Shown: in pieces, positions 1 to 12,755 of the stretch
Layout of the letters: each line of letters starts with the position of its first letter
Position numbering within the stretch: the first letter of the stretch is position 1
NCBI RefSeq assembly: GCF_009914755.1
Contig: NC_060936.1
Source of the DNA: the human T2T-CHM13v2.0 reference genome, Homo sapiens
Length of the DNA: 64,000 nt
Strand: one strand, 5' to 3'
Notes under the pieces: model-generated
What the model saw: only the letters and a program-made list of their open reading frames with translations
What the model was told of the DNA's origin: nothing
The model's database searches: none
Made by a program: the position numbers and the translations under genes

Positions 1-99
1 GTATAAAATGCATGGCTCCACACACTAATATGCTGGATGAAATATTAATTATATTACATTTTATTTCCTTTGTCATTTATTTTATACCAAAGAAGATCT

Positions 100-200
100 A
101 GCATTCATTCTTCATTCATCCATTCATTCACCAATAATTTATTGAGATTTTACTATTTTCTGGACACCACAAGCACAAAGAATAATGAAGACAGAGACAT
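100..200 (-). mobile_element. L2 LINE 3'-end fragment
   Basis: (cattca)n-like tail followed by aataatttattgag, typical of the reverse complement of an L2 3' end. Confidence 0.5.
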
Positions 201-600
201 GGACTAACAGCCCCAGTGGGGACACAGCCTCCTCCCACTACACACATGTGACACAGGGTATGTGCTAACACAGATGTGCTAACAGTATTATTTTTGTCAG
301 ATGTTGTTTACTCTAGACCTTATGGCTATTAGAAGAAATGGCGGGTGGGGATAGTGGTCCATGTCCAAGTGGACCACTACAGCTCTTCTCTTAAATTCCT
401 AAGCAGCTGCAATAGTTAAAACTTTTAGAAAATTAACACATGTTCTCATGACATTGTCCCAATAGGTACGATTGAGTGCAACAGAATATCTGAAACTTGT
501 GGTTCCAAATATCTAAATAACTCAGTACTTAAGTTGTCAGTCAGTTCAGCTCACAATCTTATTGGAAGTGAATTTAAGATGAAAAACAATTCAAGGAGTT

Positions 601-622
601 ATAATAATAATAATAATAATAA
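601..622. repeat. (AAT)n microsatellite
   Basis: ataataataataataataataa. Confidence 0.9.
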
Positions 623-1199
623 TTATCATTACATTATTATAGGAGTTTAACCTACTGTATTTACTCAAAGATAGTAGTCAAAATAATTAGGAAACAGATA
701 TGTAATTTGCATAAAACCTCTAAAACATGTTTTTTAAAGTGCAATTCATTTTTTATAGGCAATGAGAAATTCAAATTTAAGATTTGGAGAGTCTAGTCCT
801 TTTTACTTCTAACTTATACTTTCTGTGTCAGGTGCACTGGATTGCCTTTCTCTTACAACACTTATTTTCCCTTCCCCTTGGATGGCTTCATGTTTTTATC
901 TGTGATGTAATTCTTTCCATTGTCAAACTTTGAAGAGATGGGAGCTGTCAGATTTTAATATAAGTAACACATTCTGTAGGGATTGGGAAATAATGGTTAA
1001 AATAATATAAAATTATGTAGGTTTAAATGTGATTCACCTGTTTGAGCACCTAATATATGCCAAACATGGTACAAAATCCTGAGGGAATACAAGCTTGAAT
1101 GACAGCTCTTATTATCAAGGAATTTATAGATATCTTGTTATCTATAAGATAATATATGAATGAGAGAAAACCCAATGGTGGTTCTATTTAAAACTTCTT

Positions 1200-1640
1200 T
1201 AATTCCTTTCAAAGTTTTGCACGTATTTTACTATATGTTCTTTACTAGGTATTTGATAATATTGTAAATAAGTATCAATTAAAACATTTTATTTTCTATT
1301 TGCTTATTTATATAGAAAAACAATTTATTATTATATATTGGCCTATTATACAATGACCTTGCTACATTCACTTATTTGTTTTGTAGATTCTTTCGATATA
1401 TAGTAGTTAAAATTTATATCATCTGTGAATAATGACAGTTTATTTCTTCCTTTCTGATGCATATGCTTTTCATGTCTTTTTATTGTCTTATTGAGTTAGC
1501 GAGGAATTTTAGTGTCATATTGAATAGAATTGGTGGTGGTTGGCATCTTTACTGATTCCCAATCTCAAGGGAGTTTACAATGTTTTACCATTATGTTTCT
1601 TGAAGTTATTATTTTGATTGGCTTTATTTATCAGGTTAAG
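1200..1640 (-). mobile_element. Old L1M ORF2 (RT region) fragment
   Basis: atcatctgtgaataatgacagtttatttcttcctttc...ttgaatagaattggtggtggttggcatc...cccaatctcaaggg resembles antisense L1M ORF2. Confidence 0.7.
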
Positions 1641-1659
1641 AACAATTTGTTATCTTCTT

Positions 1660-2150
1660 AAGCTTGAAACAATCTAGATATTTTAAGCAAAAAAGACTGT
1701 AATAATGTGCTTACAAACACTGTGCTTAAGTAATGCTGTATTTACAAAATTGTTGGAAGTCCTAGAGGAGCTGGATTCGGGAGGCTAACACTGGTGCTAT
1801 TGATTTCAAGAACACGTTGCAATGTCTGTAATACAGGGATCAGGAAATTGTTATTGCCGTACCATCATAAACCACCTCTTAATACTCTTGTCTCTGCTAA
1901 CTTAATTTCCACAGATTCAGCAGCAGCAGGTCCACTGCCTTACTTCTGCTTTCCAAATGTCCCCTGAGTACTTCTACTTGGCAGAAACAAATTTACATAC
2001 AAATCCTAGGCTGCAAGTAGAGGTGAAAATGCCAGATTTCTGCAATATAGAAGTTGTGTGGAGGGAGGTGTAAAATGTTCTGGGTAAACACCATTGACCA
2101 ATGGACATAAGATCCAGCACAGTTCTTTGATTTCTCAATATTTACCCATA
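1660..2150 (-). mobile_element. ERV-L-class LTR (probable 3' LTR of the adjacent provirus)
   Basis: Degenerate ERVL LTR motifs (aaatcctaggctgcaagtagaggtgaaaatg). A PPT-like tract, tctacccctt (revcomp aaggggtaga), lies at 2151-2160 on the internal side. Confidence 0.5.
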
Positions 2151-4310
2151 TCTACCCCTTTACCTAGTCTAAGTCTTTTAACTGGCAAAAACAACAATCA
2201 CATGCTTCTGATTAACACAATGTAGCTTTCTGTTATAGGAAGAAAAATGCACTTACCCTTTCCTGCACATAGCCCATCAGTCACTGTATCTATCTCTAGG
2301 TGGGCGATGTTCATTATTCCAGTAGTTTATTTATTGTCCTAACTAGATATCTTTGGTAGAAGTAGTAAATTACTAAGTTAATAACCATCAACATTTAGTT
2401 ATGTATTAGTTTCAACACATGTGTATATGGAAGAATGAAAATATAGGTAGTTACTTCCATCCTCATTTTTAGGGTCATGAGACCCTAGTTATGTTCTATC
2501 TTTCTTTCCTCACTACTCATTCCATGTGTCATTTATCATTAGCAATCCCTTTGTTTCTTTAGGTTTTTCTTCTGGTGTGAGCACACATGTCTGCATTCCT
2601 CAGAGGTCAGAGCCCTTTTTGAGTTGGATTTCAGTAGCCTCCTGTTAACCTATGATACTGGATGTAAACTCAGGTGGCTTCAGATGTAAACTGCCCTTTC
2701 CCCACCCCTTCTTTTGTGGAAGTAATATTTTTCCTATATGATATTCAGAATCTAATCCACCAGGCACTATAGTCATCTCCTTTATTTGATTGCTGCTTTG
2801 ATGGCATGAGTATCCAAAATAGGGCTGTCTGAAATTCCAGTTCAGCAGAATAATTGCTCTGTCCCCAGGAGGTAATCAGATTTCTAAAACCTCAAAACTA
2901 GCCAACCTGGAGTTCTGTGGTCAGGAAATAAAATTGTTTGCTGGGCTTATTGGGTGCAATAGTAACAGGTAGTACTCTCATCATCTCTACCTCTTGATTC
3001 CAAGTTCCATGCTTCCTTGCTATATCAGTAACCCCACCATAAATTGATATTTAGTTCAAAGCAAATTACAGCATGTAGGGAAGCACCAACCACACAAGGT
3101 ACTACCTCTCAGGTGTAACTGAATTGTCAATAAGACCTTGAAGTTGAGCTACTTTGGGGTGTTAAGGTATATGCTAACACCATGAATCTTCAGGGCAACA
3201 GCCTATTGGCAGATTTATGCTATTTAAGCCCCATATTCAGATACAATATTTTGTTAAATACCATGAAGATGAATAAGGCATTCATTAAGCCCTCAGTTGT
3301 TGATGGTGGTAAGAGAATGGCAGGTAGACTAAACAACATACCTAGAATGTATCTATTCCAATGAGGAAAAAAATGCTTTGTCTTCTGTGAGTTTTGTTTT
3401 CTTCTTTTGTTTTCTCTTCCCTTTCTCCCTCCCTCCATTCCCTCCTTTGTTTTTCTTTCTTTTGTGCCAAGACTGGAATATATCTGTTTTGCCGTAGTAT
3501 CTAGGGTACTTTCTGATTATTAGATCCATCAGCATGATGTTATCAATGTAGCTGATCAGTAAGATAATAATGGTTTCTGATGATAACATTATGTTGTCAT
3601 TGAATAGAGTTGATGTAATCCTGAGGAAAGACTGTGGAAACAACCTATTTTTCTTGTCAGGTGAAAATAAACTGATTCTGGTATGTTCTATGTTTGTTGA
3701 GAAGGAAAAAAGTTGTTTCTGTTATGTAGCTGCATGCCAGGTTCCAGGGGCTGTTTTGTTTAAAGAGACTATACCTGGAATAGTGGCAGCTGAAATTGGA
3801 GTCACTGAATGGTTAAATATGTAAAATTTGACTGTAATTCTCAAAGATCCACCCATATTCTGTCAGGCCAAACAAGTGAGTTAAGGATATGATAGAAATC
3901 ACTACTTCTGCATCTTTGAAGTTATTAATAGTGGCGGTATATTCGATTTCATTGAGAATTTTCTATACCTATTTTATTTTAATATTTTGATAGAAAGAGG
4001 CACTTGTATGGATTTACATACGATATTTTTGGTTTTCTGATCACGAGAGCTCTGACTCCATGGATCAGAGGGTAAATATAGCAAGTTTTCCAAATGCTGA
4101 ACAAGTCCTTTCCAGCCATGCACTCTGGTTTTGGAGAAAAATTATGGGGTGACTTTTTAGAATTATTTAACTTACTATGAAGAAAACTTAGTTTCAAAAT
4201 GGCAGTTGTTACCTGATACATATAACCTGTTAGTCTAACCAGTGAATACAGGGTCATTTGTGGTAGAATTACATAATTCTCTTTCTGGTGTAGCTGGAAC
4301 CACATTCATT
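2151..4310 (-). mobile_element. ERV-L internal region: protease, RT, integrase and dUTPase remnants
   Basis: Minus-strand translations resemble ERV-L Pol. Protease: VRLTGYMYQV..PKPECMAGKDLFSIW (ORF 3979-4305). RT: LNSLVWP..GSLRITV..VTPISAA..PGTWHAA, VFPQDYINS and YIDNIML (decayed YIDD motif). Integrase core: LIGIDT..GL.ECLIHLHGI at ~2960-3380. dUTPase: LPPGD..ILLNW at ~2720-2940. Many stops and frameshifts. Confidence 0.85.
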
Positions 4311-4496
4311 CAAATGCAATGTACAATGGCAATGGCACAGAAATAAGATTTGGATAAAGGGTTATGATTCCAGATGATGTGGAATCAAATAAACCTCATT
4401 TTCTTAAACTCAGACTTTTTGTCTGTTTGGATCAGACAGATCTTTCTTTTTCTGTTTTTTAAAGCTACTCATTTATCCCAGTCTTAGAAATCCTAT

Positions 4497-5143
4497 ATTA
4501 GTAAGTATTATTGCATAATAGTTACTAATGCCACAATCATCCATGTCAGAGGACACAGACTTACTATCTTACAGTCTCTATGGGTTGGGAGATGGGGCAC
4601 TGTTAAGTTGGATGTGCTGCTCAGGGCTTTGCCAGGCTGCCATAAAGGTATCAGCCAGGCTGTGTTCTATCTAGAGGCTCAACTGGGGCAGAATTAACTT
4701 CCAAACTCATTCAAGTTGTTAGCAGAATTAATTTCCTTGTGCCTCTATAGCTGAGGGCCTCAGAGTGTTTTTCAGGCTATTGGCTGGAGGTTGAGGTTCG
4801 TTCCTAAATGCCTCCTGCAGTTTCTTGACATGCAGAGTTCTCTAACATGATTATATATTTCAAGACCTCAAAGAGATTATCTAGCCTGTCTTCTAGCAAG
4901 ACTCTCTTCTAGCAAGTGTGTGTGTGTATGTGTGTGTGTGTATGTGTTGGTAGTAATTGTGAGAGTGACTTCTCCTAACATTTGCCATATAATATATAGT
5001 AACGATAGAGACATCCATTACCTTTGCCATATTCTATTGGTTAGAAGCAAGGGCTTACCTGCACTCAAGGGGAAGGAATAAAACTAAGGCATGGAAATCA
5101 GAGATAGAGATCGTCGGGGTCCCCTCTAGGTTTCTCTCACACA
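4497..5143 (-). mobile_element. MLT1 (MLT1E-like) MaLR solo LTR nested in the ERV-L, with internal (TG)n
   Basis: tctagaggctcaactggggcagaattaacttccaaactcattcaagttgttagcagaattaatttccttg and attctattggttagaagcaag are MLT1 hallmarks; (TG)n at ~4916-4948. Confidence 0.75.
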
Positions 5144-5247
5144 GATGCCATATTGATTTAGCCATCACCAAAGATCAGTGCAGATCATAACTAGTTTGTG
5201 ATCAGTACATAAGGGTGAAATGTCTTCTCTCCCATTGAAAGGTATTA

Positions 5248-5514
5248 TGTTGAATGCAATGATGCTTCACATACCAAAATAATTTGAGATAAAGGGTATT
5301 GCTCACACAAGGGACTAGGGAGACCAGGGCAGGCAAAAGCATGTCCAGGTTAACCAGCGCTTATGTGATTTGAATTCCCTCTGGTGCCAAAGGCAGGAGC
5401 ACCCAGTCTGTCTTATCAGTTTGCCCAGGTAGGGGGCAGAAAGGAAAGAGGGACAGATGGGCTTAAAAGCTGACAGCAAACATCAATAAATGCAGTCATA
5501 TTCTTTGTCATAAC
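5248..5514. mobile_element. Short ERV LTR fragment nested in the ERV-L (family not assigned)
   Basis: ttgaattccctctggtgccaaagg...ggcttaaaagctgacagcaaacatcaataaatgcagtcatattctttgtcataaca resembles an ERVL-class LTR terminus. Confidence 0.5.
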
Positions 5515-5519
5515 ACCAC

Positions 5520-6130
5520 ATTAATTATTGTCTGGATTATATTATAGTAACAGCACTTGACTTGCTCTGGTGGTTAAGAGCTGCTGTTGTCATTCTGGGA
5601 TTTGACTGTACTTCTCACAGTCAGGGAGCCCATTTCAATAGCATCATTTCTCTCCATGAAGGTCTAATTTATAGAGGACAGTTAACTGCAGTTTTCAGGG
5701 GTTTTAGTGCTTCCCTTCGCAATGAGTTTCTCAATGCTTTGATAAAGAAAGTGCTCTGAGTCATCTCGGGGATGCCTGAATAGGTCTAAAATGGTAAATT
5801 CATGTCAACTCTCCTATCTTCCTAAATCTTTGAATTATTTCTTCTATGTTTTATCGAAGAAGTTCTGGAACCTCATTACTAAACCTAGGCCACAGTTGAG
5901 TTCAAGTTTTATGCAGCTAATTGAGCAAATATTAGATGCAGGCCCAGTCGCCCTCTCTAACACTTTCAATTCAGAATTTCTGATCAGTGTATCTGTATGA
6001 ATAATTTTGGCCTGACCTAAATTTATGTTGTTTATTTCCTGGACTAACATCCTTTGAATCCATTTCCACATACTTTAATCAAGGTTCTACTGATATTGTT
6101 AAAGTAATGGAAATCTTTGGTTCGTAAGTT
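5520..6130 (-). mobile_element. ERV-L gag remnant
   Basis: ORF 5844-6071 (MWKWIQRMLVQ..NINLGQAKII..LIRNSELKVLERA) and the downstream FFIKALRNSLRREA...DAIEMGSL resemble ERV-L Gag (VWEWILRV..NIKLDQAEFI; FTKALRNALVRGA..AIEMGSL). Confidence 0.75.
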
Positions 6131-7069
6131 TTAGGACAAAATTTGGCTCTTGGTTGAGGCTAATATTCTAAGATTTGCATGGTGAATCTGATAATGTGTC
6201 AAACAACAGAATACAAATTAAATAAACAGTGACGATGTGTAACAGGAAAAGTAGGGACATTGAACAAAATCAAGTAAAGTTAATTTTACTGCAGAATAAT
6301 ACAAAAGCTTTTTCTTTGCTGACATGCTTAGTGAGTTATCCAAAGTGATTTTGGATAAGTCCCTTTATCTGAATGTGCTTTGTTGTTTTTGATCTGTAAA
6401 TTAAAGAACGTGGGTTACATGGAATCTGAAGTCCCTGCTGAACCAAAGTTATATAATTAGAATGATCCTTAAAGCAGTCGTACAATTATTCATGACATTT
6501 CTTGATTTTCATCTATTTTTTAGTGAAATATTTCAAAAATAATAAATGAAGATGGATAGAAAAACCTGATATTTTAATTAGTTTTGTATTTTATATATAA
6601 GGAACAGAAAAACCTTTCCCCATTTAGAGATAATTCAATTGCAGACAACTGAGGACAAGTAAAATCCTAAATCATTTTTTTCTCTAGCTATTACTGGCTT
6701 AATATTTGACCTGTTTATACTCTTACACAATTTAATCCATATGTTGGAATAATAATACTTAAAATCAGTAAAATAATTTATAAGAACTGTTTGAAGTCTA
6801 ATTTATAGAGGACAGCTAAAGCTCTTTGAATTGTCTTTAATCAGTTAAATTTTTTTTCCTTTAGATACTGAAGAGTATATTTTTGTCAAAATTAAATCAA
6901 CATATTTCCAGTCACTTGGCTTAGGAAATAAGACCCTGAGTGATTCTGAATGCCTCTTGTAAATTCTTTCATTTTCCTGCTTGTTTACCAGAATAGGCTT
7001 TTCTTTTTATAAACTGCTCAATAAAACTAGTTGTAAAAAACCTTCTCTGATTAATCTGGAATGAGAGTC

Positions 7070-7215
7070 TTCAACTAGTTAAGGAATTTAGAGATTGCTG
7101 AGTATAATAGACTCCTACTAAAGGTAAGGAATTTAAGATTCAAAGAAGGTAAGTGAGATTCCAGGTCATGCAGCTAGTTAGTAGTAAAGTTAAAACTAGA
7201 ATCTGTCTCTTTACC
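7070..7215 (-). mobile_element. MIR SINE
   Basis: aagaaggtaagtgagattccaggtcatgcagctagttagtagtaaag...actagaatc, MIR core. Confidence 0.65.
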
Positions 7216-8344
7216 ATGGTTTTGTAAATAGGGCCTATTTTAGACAAATAATCCCCTGGCTATTAAAAATCCTCTATTTCTTCCTATAATCTCTTTTTTT
7301 CCTATTTAATGGAAAACTAGAGATTTCAATACAGAAGCTTTCTTATTCTTAAACTTCTGTGTGTATTCTAAAATAGAGCCATATTAATGTTTAACAGTAG
7401 CATTTATATATTTCATTAGATTGAGTCATGTATTCACAAAATTTAAAGGACAAATCAAATTTGTACAGAATCCTCATTCCAACCACTTGAACTTCACCTT
7501 GTCTACATTTTGACAGGAAAAGTAGAAATACATTTAATGTGCTTGATGAAGTCCTTGTTTTTTACTACCAATTTTGGTTTTTATTTAGTATGATTGGAAG
7601 GAAAAGAAAAATCATTATGGGCCTCCTAAGTAAGTTCTGGCAAAGCTTAACCTCTTCAGAGAGGCACGATTGTGAAAAGAAAAGGCACGCTAAGTTGCAG
7701 TATTTGTTTTCAATTCTCTTGATGTTTGTAAAACACCTATGTTAAGGAAAGGAAATGGCTCTAACTGGTTTTCTAAGTATAGAGTAATTAGACTGAAGAA
7801 ATGAGCTGGACCTGAAATGGAGCTTATTGGAGGGATTTATTTTTCTAAAACTTTTCTTATAGTAACTACTTATTTGATTACTACTCATAATGTATTCTTT
7901 TTTGTTGCATCTTTGTAAGTGAGCAAATAGGACCCAGAAGGCACATAATGGTGTTCACTTGGTCCATTATTATTTTTTTAACAAACAATACATCTAATAT
8001 TGAAATTAACATTTTAGGAGAAAATGTTTCTGATTTTATTGGGAGTCAGAATTGGATGATCTAGGGAAAGTGTTTCTCTGGAGATCTTTATTTGAAATGG
8101 TCTTTCCTAATCTAGTGAAAGGAAGTGTCAGCCCAGCCTAATTGTTAGTTTGTTAGTATTAGCATCAAGAATGGAACATGGGCAGTTATATTTTCCATTT
8201 ATCTTTGCAATGGCATTTAAGACAGAGAGATGTGTTTGTGGCACTGAGGGACCTAGCTGAGAATATGCACTTATCCCAAGGTCTCCACCATTTCCTTAAG
8301 TTCGCCATATAATTCTCCAATGTTTGAGTTGAAGAACCTAAATT

Positions 8345-8520
8345 ATAGTTCCAAAAGTGTGGTCCAAATGCTACTTGAGGTGTTTTTCGAATGCAGATTA
8401 CTGAGCTACACTATCAACTTATTCAAACAGAATCTATGGAGTTCAGATCCTGGAATATTCATTTAAAAAAAAAAAACCTGCTATTTATTGTGCTTCCTAA
8501 AGTTTGTGATCACTTGTCTA
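8345..8520. mobile_element. MER5A/B (hAT-Charlie) DNA transposon fossil
   Basis: aaagtgtggtcc...aatgcagattactgagc...cagaatctatggag...cctggaatattcattt. Confidence 0.65.
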
Positions 8521-9231
8521 AAGGCCTATCCTGGCATGCTTCTATGAAGAGCTTTTTAGAAGTCCTTCCTTTCTGTAAATAATTATTAGTTTTCTTAGTT
8601 AATTTTTTTCTGAGTAGGTTATGTTCTCCTTCTAAATTATGATCATCTTGAATTCAAGAAAAAATTTATTCTAATTTCTCACCTGTGGTGTTGAAAACTT
8701 ATGATGTTATTGATAATGATTTGAAAATTCTATGTGTGTAAAATTTTACCTTAAACTTTGCTTCACCTTTTTTTCTGAAGATTTTGTTGATAAGGAGCTA
8801 GAAATAAAGATCAAGCATGACAATTCTGCAAACCAATAATGCTTTTGAAAATATTGTTTCAAATAAAAAGAAAAAATATTGAAATAGTCATTATAAGAAA
8901 TAGTTTATAGGACAGTACTTTTTAAAAAACTATGTTTAGAAACAGTTCATTTTTAAATGTCTTTGTTTTTTTCTTCTTTTAAAGAAGATAGACAAACTCC
9001 ATGAACTTAAAACTTGAATATGAAGTTAGCATAACTCTATAATTGAGCATCTGTTGAGTGGAAGTAAGCTAAATTTGAAAAAGTAAACATATTAAACATA
9101 TTTGAATTTTGGCAAATGAATGTGAATTGCTAATACTCTCAAGCTTAACTACAGATAGTTTAGATTTTTATGAGATTAAACTTTGTTTCTAACTATAGAT
9201 TCTAAGAAGTTTCTTTGAACCCAGAAAACTC

Positions 9232-9263
<32 letters not shown>
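9232..9263. repeat. (GA)n microsatellite
   Basis: direct inspection. Confidence 0.9.
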
Positions 9264-9264
<1 letters not shown>

Positions 9265-9509
9265 TCGATCTGTGGTTCAAGTATAAAATAATGAAGTGTA
9301 AATGAGAAAGCATTTGTCTTACAGATTGGAGAGTGACAATATGAATTGTAGTAAATTTTGTAGTAAATTTGCTACACACTGTAGTAAATCTTGTAAGTTT
9401 TTGTTCCTCACTCATCATAACAGACCTGAGAGCAAAAACGGTCTTTTAATTATCACCATTGATTGGTGATGAGACCAAAATAAATGCAACTACCTGATCA
9501 TTATTGTCC

Positions 9510-9680
9510 ACTGCTCCCCAAACTGGCTTAACTATAATCACCTGGAGTATAGACTGGAAAAACAGATTTTTAGGTTGTTCCCCTGCAGATTCTGATTTAT
9601 TTGTTCCATGATAGGGCTTTAGGAAATCTGATTTAAAAAATTATGCCACTCTTATGATCAGGTAAATCTGGGAAACACTG
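9510..9680. mobile_element. MER5A/B fossil
   Basis: cactgctccccaaactgg...aatcacctggag...cagattctgattt...ctgggaaacactg; TIR-like ends. Confidence 0.65.
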
Positions 9681-10554
9681 TTATAGTCTATTTTCTTCTT
9701 GGTCAAAATTCCTCTTTTTTTAAAAAATGCAGATTTACTTCAGAATTGACTAATTCTTATCATTCTAATTTCAGCTTTTTACTTCTTTGTATTATTTAGT
9801 TTGCTGTGACTATAAACCAGATTTGTGTTCTACTCCTTCCTTTGCCCTTTAGTCTGAATTAAAGCAAGTCACATAAACTCTTGCCTTTAACTTTATTCAT
9901 TTTATTCCACAAATATTTTTTTATCACCTCTTATGTGCAGGACATTTATAGAAGGATGGAATCAGGGAAGACAATCTTTTAGATCCTTTTCAGCTCAAAG
10001 ACACTATGAACAGAATTTTTTCTAGCCTTAGAATTAGTTCTAAAGATATAATGGACTTTTTCTTCTCTTTTACATTGGCAAAGTGTGTCCATAACACACT
10101 CTTGGCCTTTGACCTGCGGTTTATTTCAGTGATTCTTATGTCTAAATAATCCGGTAACCTTGAACAGAAGTTCTCCTGAATGTAGGTTATCTTTTGGACA
10201 GCAAACCTTTTGTGTATCACAAAATCCCTGGCCTTATACAGCAGTTTTAAGAAGTCAGTATTTTGCTAACATGTTCCTTAGCAGCTGGGATGCCCGTCAG
10301 GTATGATTCAGTTTCTGTCACTGACTGAATAAAGGGTAGAACTTGGACTCATAGAATTTCCCAGTCCTGCTTTTGTCATAGAGTATTTTTGGCATTTAAA
10401 AATAAAAGTAACTTGGTCTGCAAGATTTGGTGATTTTGGAACTGAATATAAAGGAATAATTGACAAACTGCACCTTCAGAAGATATTCGCTTCACAAGAA
10501 CAAGAAAAAGTATTTTTGAATCTCAAATTTAATTTTTTACTCCACAATCTTCCC

Positions 10555-11125
10555 AATTCAACATTCTATAAGATACTTTTCGAGTGTTTTCTCTGTGCCA
10601 AATGTGCTGGGGATACAAGAGAGTAAAATGCAGACTTCTCCACCCTTCCCTGAAAAATTGCCATTTTTTAGGAGCTTAAAGTCTAGTGCAAGAGTCAGGC
10701 AATAAATTAAAACAAAGGAAATTATATAGTGCAGTAGAGGTGTATTATGCATGAGAGAGAAATAAACAGAAGAGGAGGATAGGGAGTGCTGGGAGGTGGG
10801 ATAGGTACTTGTGGATATGGATGGTCTCACTAAGAAAATCTCTTCAGCATACTTGAAGGAGGTGGCTATTTGGGCTATAGCAACAATGTTCCAGGATTTC
10901 CCACGTGCAAAATCCTGAAGTGGGAGCATCTTTGGTGAGTTCTTAGAACTTCCAGGATTGCAGTGGGACTGGAGTAGAGAAAGCATGTGGAGATTATATG
11001 ATGTGAGGTCAGAGAAACAACGGGGTCAGATCATGTAGGATGTTGTAGGTCACTGTAAGGATTTTAGCTTTTACTCTAAGGGATATAGGAGCCCATTGGA
11101 GGGTTTCGAGTGACATTGACTAAAG
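10555..11125 (-). mobile_element. L2 LINE
   Basis: tgtgccaaatgtgctggggatacaag...gaggtcagagaaacaacggggtcagatcatgtagg...ttttactctaag...ccattggagggttt, typical antisense L2. Confidence 0.8.
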
Positions 11126-12297
11126 CTTGCTAGTCATTTAATAAGATTGCTAGGACTACTGTTTTGCTGTCTGTGCTCCTCACTGCTTTTTGCCCATTTC
11201 TGCCATACATAACATGTTATGCCTTTGGAGAGGATTTGAAGCTCACTAATAACAAAATGTTGCAGGATAGTTTCAGCCATGCCGTAATGGTGAAATCATG
11301 TGACAGTGGTGAAACTGGTGACATTAATAAATCGGAGATTTTTTCTTAGCATAAATAACCACTAATGTATTATGTGTATATTTGCATATTTTATTTCAAA
11401 GCATCTATTAAGTTGCCACTAATATAGATGTATGATTTTGTACTTATATTTTGGTAGTTTTTGGTTGCATTCATGATTAGGAAATGAGATGATTAAAGGA
11501 GAAATGAAAAACTAAAGTTTATTTTTAAAATAAAAAACATATTCACTTGAATTGTATATTTTAAATTTTAAATGCTTGAACAGTTTTATGGCTATTAAGT
11601 TCATTTTTGAATGTGTTTAACACAAGACAATACTAACGGACAATTTAATCAGATTGATTTAGAGAACTCTTAACTGCTAAGAGTAATTTAAGAAAATATT
11701 CTGTTACATCCATGATATTCAAACTGAGTTTAAAAATTTGGCATTAATTTAGAACTGAAGTTTTTCCTTTATTTTTAGAAATATTATAACCACAATTTTC
11801 TTAACTTCTTAGTAAGGATTTGCAAGGGCATATTAAATTTAACATAAGCTACTGGATATACTCAAAAATCTGTAGAGCAATAAAACTTTAATATCTTTTC
11901 CAACATGAAAAGAAAAGCCTCATATCTATATAAAGTTTAATAAAAAGGATTCTTAGATTGTATAAAATGAAGTTACTTCATTACAAGGTTTCTTTCATTT
12001 TTACTAGAAAAATGTTATGTGGGTTGGAATAATGACTCATTTAATTATTAGAAATATCTTTATTTGTGAAACCATATCCTTTTACATGAACCACTATGTA
12101 TACTAACATATAATAAGGCATACAATACTAGTTTTAAATTAAGACAAACATCCAGGGAAACTTAGAAGGTTTATAGGTTTCATTTCCATTGTTTAGTTTT
12201 ACAAAATAATAGCTTATTTTTTTAATTGACATTAACTCCTCTCATTTTCAGCTTAAACTTTGCCATTCGTTTGGATACCAAAACTAGGTCTAGGAGG

Positions 12298-12669
12298 TGA
12301 TATGGTCAGGTTTTGTGTCCCCACCCAAATCTTGAATTATAATCCCCATAATCCCCACATGCCAGGGGAGAGACCAGGTGAAGGTAATTGGATCATGGGG
12401 ACAGTATCCCCCATGCTGTTCTCACAAGTAAGTGAGTTCTCACAAGATCTGATTGTTTTATAAGAGGCTCCTCCCCCTTCGCTTGGCACTTCTCCTTCCT
12501 GTCGTCTTGTGAAGAAGGTGCCTTGCTTCTCCTTCATCTTCTACCATGATTGTAAGTTTCCTGAGGCCTCCCCAGCCATGCTGAACTGTGAGTCAATTAA
12601 ACCTCTTTCCTTTATAAATTACCCAGTCATAGGCAGTTCTTTATAGCAGTATGAAAATGGATGAATACA
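12298..12669 (+). mobile_element. THE1C/D (MaLR) solo LTR
   Basis: tgatatgg...aataca termini, THE1 body, perfect 5-bp TSD ggagg (12293-12297 / 12670-12674). Confidence 0.93.
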
Positions 12670-12714
12670 GGAGGTATAAATTAGTAGGGCATATCAATAA
12701 AGTAAACCAAGTTA

Positions 12715-12755
12715 TGTGTGTGTGTGTGTGTGTGTGTGCGTGCGTGTGTGTGTGT
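12715..12755. repeat. (TG)n microsatellite
   Basis: direct inspection. Confidence 0.9.

Noticed and set aside
3353-6071. Domesticated ERV-L gag or pol gene
   Set aside because: Multiple stops and frameshifts, catalytic YIDD changed to YIDN, and interruption by LTRs
10558-10986. 142-aa ORF
   Set aside because: Lies within an L2 fossil; no recognisable protein features
12567-12579. PRDM9 hotspot motif in the THE1 LTRs
   Set aside because: Reads cctccccagccat here (and ctttcccagccac in THE1B); neither matches CCNCCNTNNCCNC
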